The notes under the pieces were generated by a model, which saw nothing but the letters and a program-made list of their open reading frames with translations, had not been told where the DNA came from and did not search any database. 64,000 nucleotides of DNA from Leucoraja ocellata (taxonomy: Eukaryota), in the NCBI GenBank assembly GCA_036785375.1, contig JAWMAR010000063.1, forward strand, positions 6,200,001-6,264,000, given 5' to 3'. The position numbers and the translations under genes were made by a program. Positions 22,501 through 34,700 of this stretch are shown piece by piece. The first letter of the stretch is position 1, and each line of letters opens with the position of its first letter.

Positions 22501-24350
22501 TGCTATCTTTTGTCTTTGCATTTGTAGGTTCAAATATTCCATGGTATAGTTTTCTCCTCGGTTACCATACTATACAAATCAAGAAACACTTATTTTGTGC
22601 TTTTTTGTTGTTTTTGTTACTTTGCTTTGTTCCTTTATCTCCATTTACACCATTTCTGGTTATATATTCTGCTTAAGTGGTATAGGGGGAATGTGTAAAG
22701 AAATGTTATTGCAAAACATCATAGTTGGAAAGGGAGTTTCAGCTAGTTAATTCTCGGCAGACACAGTAATCTGTTACATACAAGGCAGATATTTTGTGTG
22801 TCAGTGTTATCTCTGTTTAGCTAACCTGGAGCTGAAATGCTTTCTATTCTCCACCCTCAACTGCAGATATAGCTAATGAGCTGATGGTTCAGGTTGCCCA
22901 TGAAGTGGTGGTATCCATGTTAAACAGATGAACAGTTTGAAAGCTCCACAGTAGGAGCCATTTGAAAGATCTATTGATCATCTTGGAAAATATAGGAACA
23001 ATTTTTAAATGTTTGATTCCGTTACTGAAAAGTTGTGACGCATGGTCAAATAACCTTACTGTCACTTTAATTAAAATTTAGTTTTAATCTCTTCCAGTGG
23101 TTTGGTTTCTATAACGCTGGCCAGGCCAAGGTCACGTACACCTTACAGGAGAGTGATCTTTATCATGAGGTAAGAATCACAATGTTACTTGAGTAATTTA
23201 TAGAAGAGGCAAATTGGGTAGATGTCCTCTCCACCAGCAGACCTTTGGAGATGGTGGAGTAATAGAATGTTCCCTTCTGAAGTCTTTATTTGAATTTGAT
23301 TCCAAAATTGTGTGAAATGGATCTGATTAGCATCAAATCTGAATTAAAAAAGACCTGCAAATAGTGTGATGCCCCAAGATGTTGAATTGAAGGCAAACTG
23401 TGGTCAGAGATGGGAAAACTGGCTTTGAAACAATCATAAAAATGGATTTCACGTATTAGAAGGGAAAAATGAGTAAAAGTGGGAGTTTCCGAAATAAATA
23501 AAGATAAGAACAGCATTGAAACTTTAAAATGATTCCTATAAAATAAAGCTAAGATACTAAGAAAGGGTCTAGTAAAGCCAAGAGAAAGTTAGCCAAAAAA
23601 TGAATGATGAAATGTTTAAGTGTTGGGAATGGGATAGACCTCTGGCAAGATGTCAGAACTGCTGTGTCCAACAAGTTGCACTGTCACCTGATCAGTGGGG
23701 CAAAATGTTGAAACATTTTATGACCACATAACTGACACCACTTCTCTCTGCCCGAAGGGAGATGAATGGGTAATTTCCTCTCATCAAACATGAACTAGGG
23801 AGAGGATTGTGGACATAGATTTTAATTTCACCATTCAGTGAAAAGGAGGGTATTGTATATGTTATCAAAATAAAGACAGAAGTGGCTGAATGGATTATTC
23901 CAATACACCTACATTTTCCAATTGGAAAGTTAGTGGATGCACTGTTCCGGTAGTTGATATTGGGCTACTTCTATTAAACAGACATTATGATCTTGATCAG
24001 CTGAACTATGAAGCATTATCTAATTTGATGACCTTGAACTGGGGGGGGGGGGGGTGCGGGCAATGTATAACATTAGACCTTTTTCATGAGGACTGTAGTA
24101 CTTTTGAACACTTAAAATTATGCAAACAGTTTTACAAACTTTGATTTTATCATTCATTGTTGATTTTTTTAAAACCTGGTGGTTTTGCAGAAACATCAGA
24201 GTAAATGCATTTTTGTTTTGCCTAAAGGATCGATTAGGATTGAAAGTGATGGACAATGCAAAGAAACTGGAATTTCTAACAGTGGATGGGGATCATCTTC
24301 AGTTCTCAGAAGAATGGTTCATTACCAACATAATTCCTTATCTGAAGTGA
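10447..24350 (+). CDS. PPT1: Palmitoyl-protein thioesterase 1, copy B (canonical, next to CAP1), 9 coding exons, 918 nt, 305 aa
   Basis: Exons 10447-10567, 12747-12856, 14025-14152, 14248-14318, 15759-15861, 18983-19073, 21463-21561, 23098-23169, 24228-24350 join in frame. Motifs [59 protein letters not shown]. Confidence 0.96.
10640..11010. mobile_element. Inverted Penelope-derived terminal repeat fragments in PPT1-B intron 1
   Basis: Two minus-strand copies followed head-to-head by a plus-strand copy of the same repeat. Confidence 0.65.
12747..12856 (+). CDS. PPT1: PPT1-B exon 2
   Basis: [36 protein letters not shown]; tag| and |gtatgt. Confidence 0.95.
13670..13935 (+). mobile_element. 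CR1-type LINE 3' fragment
   Basis: Translation [29 protein letters not shown] is the CR1 ORF2 C-terminal motif. Confidence 0.75.
14025..14152 (+). CDS. PPT1: PPT1-B exon 3 (catalytic Ser)
   Basis: [42 protein letters not shown]; aag| and |gtaagt. Confidence 0.95.
14248..14318 (+). CDS. PPT1: PPT1-B exon 4
   Basis: [23 protein letters not shown]; cag| and |gtgata. Confidence 0.95.
14618..14910 (+). mobile_element. tRNA-derived V-SINE (HE1-like)
   Basis: A-box TGGCGTAGTGG, B-box GGTTTGATCC, V-domain-like ttctccccgtgacctgcgt..ggtttcctcccatactccaaagac..gttaattg, (CTAAA)n tail. Confidence 0.85.
15759..15861 (+). CDS. PPT1: PPT1-B exon 5
   Basis: [33 protein letters not shown]; cag| and |gtaagt. 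Confidence 0.95.
16091..16455 (-). mobile_element. CR1 LINE 3' end
   Basis: Reverse complement of gatcagccatgatc..attgaatggc..gggccgaatggcctac tail. Confidence 0.8.
17280..17900 (+). mobile_element. Degenerate Penelope-like fragment
   Basis: Remnants resembling the RT-to-GIY-YIG linker (..ttatcttggagaaacc, YIGET-like); heavily decayed. Confidence 0.4.
18036..18655 (-). mobile_element. CR1 LINE 3' fragment
   Basis: ORF 18126-18389 [19 protein letters not shown]...[26 protein letters not shown]. Confidence 0.85.
18983..19073 (+). CDS. PPT1: PPT1-B exon 6
   Basis: [30 protein letters not shown]; cag| and |gtaggt. Confidence 0.95.
19940..20143 (-). mobile_element. CR1 LINE 3' end (near-identical to 63540-63780)
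   Basis: catagaaaataggtgcaggagtaggccattcgg... tail. Confidence 0.8.
20233..21239. mobile_element. Non-autonomous DNA transposon (hAT-like termini, 7-bp TSD), 1007 bp
   Basis: TIRs TAGGTATGTTGCAAAACTT / TAGCAATGTTACAAAATTT (15/19); TSD GGTTATG at 20226-20232 and 21240-21246. Confidence 0.7.
21463..21561 (+). CDS. PPT1: PPT1-B exon 7 (catalytic Asp)
   Basis: [33 protein letters not shown]; cag| and |gtgagg. Confidence 0.95.
23098..23169 (+). CDS. PPT1: PPT1-B exon 8
   Basis: [24 protein letters not shown]; cag| and |gtaaga. Confidence 0.95.
24228..24350 (+). CDS. PPT1: PPT1-B exon 9 (catalytic His, stop)
   Basis: [40 protein letters not shown]. Confidence 0.95.
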   Translation, partial: DRLGLKVMDNAKKLEFLTVDGDHLQFSEEWFITNIIPYLK

Positions 24351-24689
24351 TTCTTTTACAAAGCTATTAATTTTCTGCTAATTGAATTGTAAAGCACTGG
24401 GCTACTATCTGTGTTTAAATTACAACGCTTTGCTTATAACAAAACCTACTGCAGTTTTCGGAAGCAGAGCAAGCACTTTGGCTCCCTCAAGAATGAGGGC
24501 TTATGATTGTCAATTCTGCTTGGCAGGCATGAATTTTCAGTCTGTTCATTTTAGAAGCTGAAAATCTCAGTGATGAGTGCAGCCAAAGTGAGTCTGGAAA
24601 TTCATCTGCATTTTCCTTTCACATCTAAAGAAAATCTATGGCTATCTAACGGCAAGTTCTTCTTGGTCATCTAATGTTTATATATATAA

Positions 24690-25305
24690 TGGTGTGACAG
24701 CGCCCTGACTGCAGTCTGTCCGTCTTTTCGTCCTGTTAGTTGTATGTTTTTGGTTTTATTTTGTAGATGTGTATATGTGGGAGAGTGGGGGAAACGTTTT
24801 AATCTCTTCCCTGGACGGGGACCCAACCGTTTCCCTGTCGGGTCTCCATTGGGCCTAAAATCATGGAGCCGGCGGCCTCCTACCGGAACCGACCCGAGGG
24901 CTCCAGTCGTGGAGCTGGCCGACTTCAGAGGTGGAGAGCTGTGGTGGCGCGTGGCTGCGACCCGACTTCGGAGGCTGCAGGCCCGGTGAACGATAACATC
25001 GGGAGCTTGCAGGTCCCTGGTGGGAGACCACCTTTCGGAGCTCCCGCAACTTCACCCGCCCGAATAGCGGGGTCAAAACGACCCGGAGCGGGGCCCTAAC
25101 ATGGGAAGAAGAATACAGAACAGGGAAGAGACTAGAGAGACAAGACTTTTGCCTTCCATCACAGAGGTGTTTGGAGACTCACTGCAATGGATGTTTATGT
25201 AAATTGTGTTAATTGTGTGTCTTGGTTTTTTTTTAATGTTATGACTGCAGGAACAAAATTTCGTACAAACCAAGTTTGTATGACAATAGATGGTATTCTA
25301 ATTCT
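24690..25305 (+). mobile_element. GC-rich non-autonomous retroposon with Rex1/Babar-type tail, downstream of the PPT1-B stop
   Basis: Homologous to 41137-41941 at both ends; tail aatttcgtacaaac..gtttgtatgacaatag. Confidence 0.65.
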
Positions 25306-28300
25306 TCTAAAACGCATGCACATATACAATGGATAAGAACAAATGTTCAAACAGCTGCCAAATGTTTTTAAACATACCAAGAAATGAGACTCTTCAATGT
25401 TGTAATTCATCACTGAATTACTACGGTTTAAGTTAGCATTTCAAAGCTAGTCTTGTGCCACGGGGTGTAGATTAGTGTACTATAATCAAAGCAAAACTTG
25501 GCAGTCAGAATTTCTGTACCTTGTTATCCCTCAGCTACTGCCTCACCTGTTTAATTTTATAAACTATTGAAGCAAGATGTTTCTAAAGCTAAACATAAAT
25601 GTGAAATAAGTAGATGTGATTTAGAATGCTTTTTCATAATTGAGGTCTTCAAGAATATGAAAGTTTTTCATACTTCGCACTGAACAAAAGCATTTACTTC
25701 ACTCAAGTACAATGGTGAGCTGCTTTATTGAATCATTTACTACATGTTCCATTGCAGAGGATGGATAAATTATGTACATGATCTACGCTAACCTGGAAGT
25801 GAATGAAGATTAATTATATTGGTGTAAACAGCGCAAAGATTAAAAGCTGATTTAATGAATTAAGCAATTCCACAAATTCCTTTGTTCTTGTTAATAATTC
25901 ATATTTTTCTTCTCCAAATAGTGCTTCAGTGGTGGGTTTAACTAGACATCATCATTGCTTTTGTCAGTTCCTCAATCGGCACAGAGTATCAGATACTTCT
26001 GAATCTTGACCTACTTTAAATTTAGACCCAATGCAATTCAGCAAATTAAAATTTCTTTAGGAGTGTTTTTGGTGCAGGGTGAAAATACACCATTGCCAGA
26101 TCTAGAAGGGATTCAATTTCATCAAAATAATTCTTTACACATTAACCCCAACCAGATCCCTAAATCTGAGGAAAAACTAGAACACCAACAAGACAATAGT
26201 GATGTATGTTCTGAATTCCTGTTTTATAGTTTCTTCTTACAAATAAAAATGAATTCATTATATTGATGGCGCCAATGATCGCTTACAGCGAGGATCATTG
26301 ACATTGGTTAGCATTTTGCTGAACAAAGCTTGCCATAAAAGGATGTAGTTGATTAATGCTGTGTCGTTGAGACTGCACACATTCTTATTCAAGTTGATTA
26401 GCTCTACCAAATAGGAACCCAATTGATGTACAATATTAATAGCTTTTGATTAAGCAATTATTGTTAATATAATTTCTCATAACAGGTCTACTTATAAAGA
26501 AGCTCATAATTTCAATTCCTCCACCCCAGGTTTCACACCCATGGACAGTGATCTATAACGTTGAACAAATGAAGAAAACAACACAAATTGTAACAATTTA
26601 GAAGCGAGTTGGCAAATTTTATTTTGCAGTTTAATTCCTGATTTACTTAAGATAGCATAGTAACCATAAGTAGCAAGAACTGAGTTTGATCCCTCTTGTA
26701 CATAACCGAAAAATTTGCAAATTGATACTGGAACATTGATATCAGGTTTAGAAAATACAATACAGTAATTTATCACAGCAATAGAGGCTGTTAACATCAT
26801 TCTGCGGGTAATATCCTGCATGATGGAGGGACAATAAATTGTTAAGAGTACAAGAATTGCTCTGAGCAAGTTTACTTTAAATGTAAAAAGTCAAATGCAT
26901 TTCTCAAACTAATGGCAATCAGTTCAGTTTAATTTAACTTAATCTTAATTAAACTGCTACAATAGTTAATAATTTACAGTAGCAGCTTTGCAATCCAACT
27001 GTAGCCATACGTAATCGCAGCATATTCACTATCTGGTAAATTCCCCACCTCTCAATGTGCAAACTTGTACTAAGATTGCAAAATAGCTCCACAGATCTCA
27101 TGCATGTGAATACACCATAATCAGAGTCCAGCGGTCCATTTAGAAATTAATATACATCTTGTAAGGCCCCAATTATTTCCCCACCTATTAGTACAACGTT
27201 GATATCTTTGAAAAATAACTAAAAATTAAGCTTTGAGCCACAGAATATGAAAACAGAAGCACTAAAAAGGAATGCTTTAACAATCTGGCATAAATGTTCT
27301 ATTATATACCAGTGGAACATTTTAAATTGGAAAAAAAAGTGATCATACATTGTGCAACCAGTGCTGAAATGTTAATAACTAGAGAATATTGTTTTTAATG
27401 TCTACTGAAACTCAAATTACTTAACATTGTATAGAGGAACCAATGAGTAAATAATGGGCATTGGGATCATTTTTAGACATAAATTTACAGAAGAAACCCC
27501 CAAAACATCTGAAAGAAGACACCAAAACCTAATATTCAATATAATGATGCAAATCAGATCTTTTATCCAAATCAGCAGGAATTAGACCCTGAGAAAAGAT
27601 GAGCAAAGTTTAATATATTTTTGGAAACAATCGAGGACAAACCACATTAGGGTCCAAACCTCATCTTACAACCATGCTAGAAATAAAACCCAGGCCAATG
27701 AAGTTGTCAAAGTCTAATTGTGTTAAAGTGATGTGCAAATGATAAAAATTAAGAAACAATGCAGTGTGCATGTTCACTGGAATTCCGCATTTGGTTTTGA
27801 AGCCATGGAATGTTTTACAGCTACAGATAGTAACCCACCCGTACCCACATCTAATTTCTGCAGGAATTAGACTGATATCGTTTTTAGAATTTCAAGTATA
27901 GATCACAAAATTGGAGAGCTATATGCACAAAAATAAATCCAGGATCTCGACCCCTCACAAGTTTTGATCTGGTTCATGGAGGGAAGTTCTTACCCAAGAA
28001 TGGGTAACAATTGTGCACGTTAGACTCTATATAATTTCAAAGGATAAAAAACAATCTTAGTAGTGCAGTGAAGAGAATTCCACCCTTTAAGTCAAAAGCA
28101 CAAGCAGTCCCAAAGCCTAATTAATCAAAGCAAGAGGCACAGGGTAAGTAGAAATTCAAAAGTAATTGTAATTGCGTATTAGAACTCATCTATGCCTATT
28201 TGGCAGGACTTAAGATCAGTCTGGGATACTTGCATTACAAATTTTAGAAATAATTTCTTTAAGCCAGTGTGAGAGGAAATAGAAAAAGCCTCTCTCCATG

Positions 28301-28671
28301 CCCAGCACAATTAAGAGCTGAGCAATGTTATTCTAGTAAATTGTATTTTGGTGCACTATACTCACTCATAAAAGCTCTTTCCAATTGTTTCCATCTCTAC
28401 ATTGTTCTAACCCCAAAGATTCACAAATATACACTGCTAGATTTAACAAGACAGCAGTAATCATCCATCTGCTTTCGGCCATTTCATACTGGAAAGGGCA
28501 ATTCCAGTATTGAGGTACATGGCGAACCAGAATAAGTAGCTCTTGAGTAGAGGGATAGGCCAAAAAAAAAAAAAAAGGGTGAATTGTGCAGAAAGTTAGC
28601 TTGTTGCTTCTACAGATTAATCAGGCTCACGACTAGCAACATCATTAAGACCATGCCTGTGGGTTAAAGTC

Positions 28672-28755
28672 TTAACAGCTGATTTCAGTAATTGTAGTCG
28701 CCAATCTCTGCCCATTCCAGACAGACTTAAATTGTTCTGGGACAGGGTATTCCAC
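28672..28755 (-). CDS. CAP1: CAP1 coding exon 12 (stop)
   Basis: [27 protein letters not shown]. Confidence 0.95.
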   Translation of the reverse strand: MEYPVPEQFKSVWNGQRLATTITEISC

Positions 28756-31700
28756 CTGTAAAACAACATTAAAAATGAGTGAACAATTACTAGAAAAATA
28801 CTTGATTTTAACTACACAGTTTCATGAAGAAGAATTACCCTGGCTCCGAGTATTTCCTACACCATCCCAGCATCATGGCATTTCATTTGGCTCAGAACAC
28901 ACATGATTAACAGATAAAAAGCCACTCACTTATACTGCCATTTAGATTTGGGTTTTAAGTAAAACAAGCTTAACCACACTTATTAAGTCTCCTTGCCTAG
29001 ATTAAGGGATAGAATTTTACCATGAAATTCTAATACCAATTAATCTGATGTTCTTCAAATTTTTGGAGCTTCTGTTTCAGCATGGAGCATGTCCATTAAT
29101 TTACTTTTTAAATATTTCTGCTTATGTTCCAATTCTGGAGCATGTAGAAGGCTCAAACGGAACCTAATGCTTGAGTATAGGAGTCAGGATGCCACATTAC
29201 TGTTGAATAAACTACTGCTTAGGTTGCACCAGTCAGTTCGATTTGGAGCATTGTGTGTCATTCTTTCAACCATGTTATATGAAGGATGTTTAGTTTAGAG
29301 ATACAGCGCGTAAATAGGCCCTTCAGCCTGCCGGGTCCGTGACGACCAGCTATCTCCACACATTAACACAGCCCTACACACATTAGAGACAATTTTACAC
29401 GTAAACCAAGCCAATTAACCTACTTTGGAATGTCGGAGCAAACTGAAGATCTCGGGAAAAAACACACGCGGTCACGGAGAGAACGTACAGACAGCACCCA
29501 TAGTCGGGATCGAACCCGGATCTCTGGCGCTGCAAGGCAGCAACACTACCGCTGCGCCACTGTGCTGCCCTTAAATGTGATGTGTTTAAAACAGGAGAAG
29601 CACAGAAAAAAAAATCAGAGAAGTGCTGCCTGGACTGGAGGGCTTGAATTATAGACTGGGACTGTTTGCCCAGAGTGAAAAAGTTTGAGGGATGACTTTC
29701 TAGAGGATTATAAAGTTATGAAGGGCATGGAAAGGCTTGAGTATCAAAGTCTTTTATGCAGGGTACGGAAATCTAAAATTGGAAGGCACGCTTATGAGGT
29801 GAGAGGGGAAAGGTTTAAAGGGGATCTGAGGGACAGGTTTTTCCACACAGAGAGTGTGACGGGTACAAGGACCAATCTGGCAGATAAGGTGGCAGAGACA
29901 AGTGCAATTACAACATGTAAAAGACATCTGGACCATCACGTGGATAGGAAAGATTTAGAGGGACATGGGCCAAACAGAGGTCAATGGAATTAGCATAGAA
30001 AGGCATCTTGGTCACTCTGGATGCGATGGACCAAAATGGCCTGTTTCCACGCTGCAGGACTATGAATAAATTGCTTCTTCAAAGTCTCTCTATGGACCTG
30101 CTCCAAAGACCTCTCCATAGATTATGGTGGCAGCATAAATTCTATTATTTCCCTCAACTCCATTTCTTTCAAACCTCACTACGATAAATCCATACTATTG
30201 CCCGCTTATGCTATCACATCTAAGAGTTTCATTTACCCCATTTTTTGTTTCAGCATAATTACTTGTAGCATATATTAGATTCAGTTCAAGACTAATGACA
30301 GTACTGTTCTCTCTCTTCACTCAATTTATTTTTAAAAACCATTCAACTCTAAACCTACTTTCCAACCTTGCCCCCCTGATCTCATTTGTTGTTCTTCATG
30401 ACGTCACGTGCAGAACTACTTTCAAGTTCCTGACTAGATCAATAAAATGTACTGAAAATTTAATAAAGACCTTCAATTACAACAATTGCATCTAGCTGTA
30501 CAATATGACAATATCAGTTATAGTAAGCAGAAGTCGTAATTTTTGGCATTTCACAAGCAGATCAATTTAGGCAATTATGCTGCACGTTTTGTCCTTGTTA
30601 ATATTCAACATCAAATGGTCTGTGGACGATGAGGTGAAATTGATTGGTTCACCTTTAAATCTTGAGGGCCTACTGAAATAGAAGTGTTTCTGGCCTAATA
30701 AGAGTCAAAACGTATTAATCTGAAATGTCCAAAAGAATTAACTATCAGCAAGGAAACACAAATCAATGAACATGGATTACATTTTGACATGCAGGCTCCT
30801 TCCCCATTGTAGCAATGTGGTCAAATAAAAAAGAGTATTATTCCAAACTGGCTTTCTTAAAATATCACATTTGCAATGCATTACAGAGGGACGAGGAAAG
30901 AAAGATAAACTTGAAAGCAATAAACCTTTGCTCATTGTGTTCTATGGGATACTGAGTCACTCACACTAACATTTAAAAAAAAAAGAGACTTGAGTGAATT
31001 GTACTTACAAAGTCATCCTTGTCAGGAATCAATATGTTCATCTCAGAGGACTTGGCACTGACAATCTCACAAGCGAGAGAATCCTTACTAAGGTAGATAT
31101 GGCAGCCATCGGTCTTATTAACGGAGATAGTTGGCACATTACCCAAAACCTACAGAAGAAAAATTACAGAACCACATTGAACATGGGTTTTGCACAGACT
31201 GCAACGTACCAATGAAAAACAATCAAGAAAGGTGGCATATTTGAAAATGTAAAACTGAAGACAACTAAATTAGCTACAAAAGCTTCTGCGGTGTAAAAAA
31301 AGGTTGGTGAGTTTGGTTGTGCATCTACTTTATTCAATAGAAAATTGAAGTTTTCCTTCATTAACGATGAAAATAAGACCTTCAGACCTGAACATTTTGC
31401 AAACTGATATATTCAATTCAAAAATCAGCAAAACAAAATTCCCACTTTAATTTTTACCCTGGATGTTTGCAGGTAAAATGATTCAGTGTTTGGATCACTG
31501 CTACCTGCAAATATTTGATGCTATACATGCATGCTATCATCACATTGTGTAACTATTGCGGATGTGACCCACTAATGAAAGGAACTTCGAGACGATATTG
31601 GTGCATATTTAGTTATAACTACATAAGCTTTAAACTGCATATGTAGGAAGTGACTGTCTTTCATCTTTGGGCATGCAGCAGAGACAAAATTGGAGATAAA

Positions 31701-34700
31701 AGCTACATCTGAAGACTAACATAAATACATTATTTTCTCATGATGGCAGTTGGTCCTCTTTGCATTGCCAAGCAACATTTATCTTTCATAACATTCTTTA
31801 CTTTTAATAATAAATCAATGACCCAGGTTTTCATTATATTGACAATAGAATTTTAGAGTTTGCACATCCAGTTAAACAGAAACCTGAAATCCGCAGAAAG
31901 TGATGTTTGCTCCTTAGTTGACTTTGCTGATGTCAGAGATGGCTATAAATTGATGAGAACTTAAAGCTATAAACTAGACACTCCCTGTGACATGCCCCTC
32001 TAGTACCGATGCAAGACAGTCATTTCAAAAACATGGATCAAAGGAGTTGTGGAAAGCTGAAGTTGACTGCCACCAATATATTTGTGAGTACTAACATCAT
32101 TTTAATGACATGTGTTGATCCCTGGGAAGAGATTGATCCCTGGAATGGCGGGACTGTCACATGAGGAAAGATTGAAAAGACTAGGCTTATATTCACTGGA
32201 GTTTAGAAGGACGAGGGGGGGATCTTATAGAAATATAAAATTGTAAATGAACTGGACAAGCTAGATGCAGGAAAAATGTTCCCCATGTTGGGCGAGTCCA
32301 GAACCAGAAGCCACAGTCTTAGAGAGTGGTGCATCTGTGGAATTCTCTGCCACAGAAGGAAGTTGAGGCCAGTTCATTGGCTATATTTAAGAGGGAGTTA
32401 GATGTGGCCCTTGTGGCTAAAGGGATCAGGGGGTATGGAGAGAAGGCAGGGATGGGATACTGAGTTGGATGATCAGCCATGATCATGTCGAATGGCGGTG
32501 CAGGCTCGAAGGGCCGAATGGCCTACTCCTGTACCTATTTCCTATGTTTCTATGTAATAAAGGGGATGTCATTTAAGACTGAGGTGAGAAAAACCTTTTT
32601 CTCCCAGAGAGTTGTGAATTTATGGAATTCCCTGCCACAGAGGGCAGGGGAAGCCAAATCACTGGATGGATTTAAGAGAGAGTTAGATAGAGCTCTAGGG
32701 GCTAGTGAAGTCAAGGGATATGGGGAGAAGGCAGGCGGTGCTGGCTCGAAGGGCCAAATGGTCTCCTCCTGCACCTATTTTCTATGTTTCTATGTGTTGG
32801 AGTGTGTATATAAATATCAGTGAAAAAAATTAAATGAATTGATTTTCACCTCAAACCAGTTCACATCTAACATCAAATTCTTCCAAATAGATATGGGTAC
32901 AGTAGCTATGTCGTTTCAATTACCTGAATTTTCACATCTTTAGAATTAATGACCTCCACAGTTCCAACAACATGTTCAAAAACAAGACCCATCTTTTTAC
33001 AGTTATCTGCAAAACAAAAAGAAAAGATATTCATCAGACTATACAAAGCTAATTATAAATATTAAGAACATTCACTCTCATTTGCATTCAGGAAGTCTTC
33101 TATGTACAGTGTAGAGGCTTACACGTATAGAGGCAAAAGCATTTTTGCATAATCTTCTGTGATTACATGGTTGGACACATTCAAGCAATGTATGTTAAGG
33201 TGCATGGTCGCAACTCTAATGATATACTGAAGAATGTCAGGTAATTCAGCAGGCTTCATAATTTTACTTGAGTAGCTCAGTTGTTCACTGAATAAGTATG
33301 CAGATGTGCAGGGAGATTTTCAATCACTAATGTAGCCCAACATTGTTGATGTAAACTAATGTATAAAAGGAACTGGTATCATATTTGACCAGGGCGGCAC
33401 TGTGGTGTAGCGGTAGAGCTACAGCGCCAAAGAGCCGGGTTCGATCTTGACTACTGGTGTTTGTCTGTACGTTCTCCACGTGACCTGCGTGGGTTTTCTC
33501 TGAGATCTTCAGTTTCCTCCCATACTTCAAAGAGGTACAGGTTTGTAGGTTAATTGGCTTGGTATAAATGTAAAAATTGTCCCCAGTGTGTAGGGCAGTA
33601 CTAATGTGCGGGGGGATCACTGGTCGATGTGGACTCGGTGGGCCGAAGGGTCTGTTTCCATGCTACATCTCTAAACTAAACATGAAGAATACAGTAAAAT
33701 GCATTTTTACATAAATATGCAAATGTTTTATATTATACTTGAAAGTTGCAAATAAAGCAAAAAACGTGTATTCCAAAAGTCTAGGAGCACAGGAAGCTAA
33801 TAAGGCATGAAAAAGATAGAAAACCAAACTCTTGAAAAAAAAAAAGAATTGTAACATCTATTTGATATTTAATTGGGAGCCAATCAAGCAAAATATTAGT
33901 TTCAACAAGAGATAAGGTGAGAGGGCAAAGTCATGTAGAATGGAAATGAATGGTTAACTCAGGCTCAAATATGGCACCAGAGTGCCTAGCTCAGCATCAG
34001 TTTCAAAGGAAAGGGTGCAGTTGTTGGCTACAAAGCAGAGTTTGTGATAGGGACCATCATGGGAGGAAAATCACATTGTCATACAGGTCTATTAATTTGC
34101 TCACTTGATGAAAGCAAAGCAGATTATTACATTTATTTTCATTGATTAGTTTGGTGGTAAAATGTGTCTCAGGCTCTTAAAAAGTAGTTTGAAGATTCCA
34201 TCCTTGCACATTTCCACTTACCGATAGTGATGGAGTTGATCTTCCCCTTGATGGTAAGAGTAGATTGCGTACATTTATAGACATATACAACCTGCTTCAA
34301 TACAGTGTCCTGAATAACCAGGTTACTCGCATTCATTTGGTGTTCCTACAAGCAGAGCACAATGTTAAACCATTTCACAAATAAGGTGGAAATACAGTTC
34401 ATGTGGTAAAGAGAAAACTTAGTTATTCAATTCATGCATAATCGCTGGCTAATAATTCAGTGATGAACAAAGACGCTTCTCAATTGTAAAAATATGACAT
34501 TCTATCCAGAGGATATATCTGTAGACGCAGAACTCCAGATTACAAGCTCCCAAAAAAATGTTGATGTGCAACAATGATTGCCCGACTTATTTTCAGTTCA
34601 AGCCTAATCGCTCCTCAGTGAGGGGGAAGTTCCACATTGTCAGTCACCCCAGGGTTGCTCAGTGAAATAGCCATTGTTGAAATGTGTCCATTTTCCCCAT

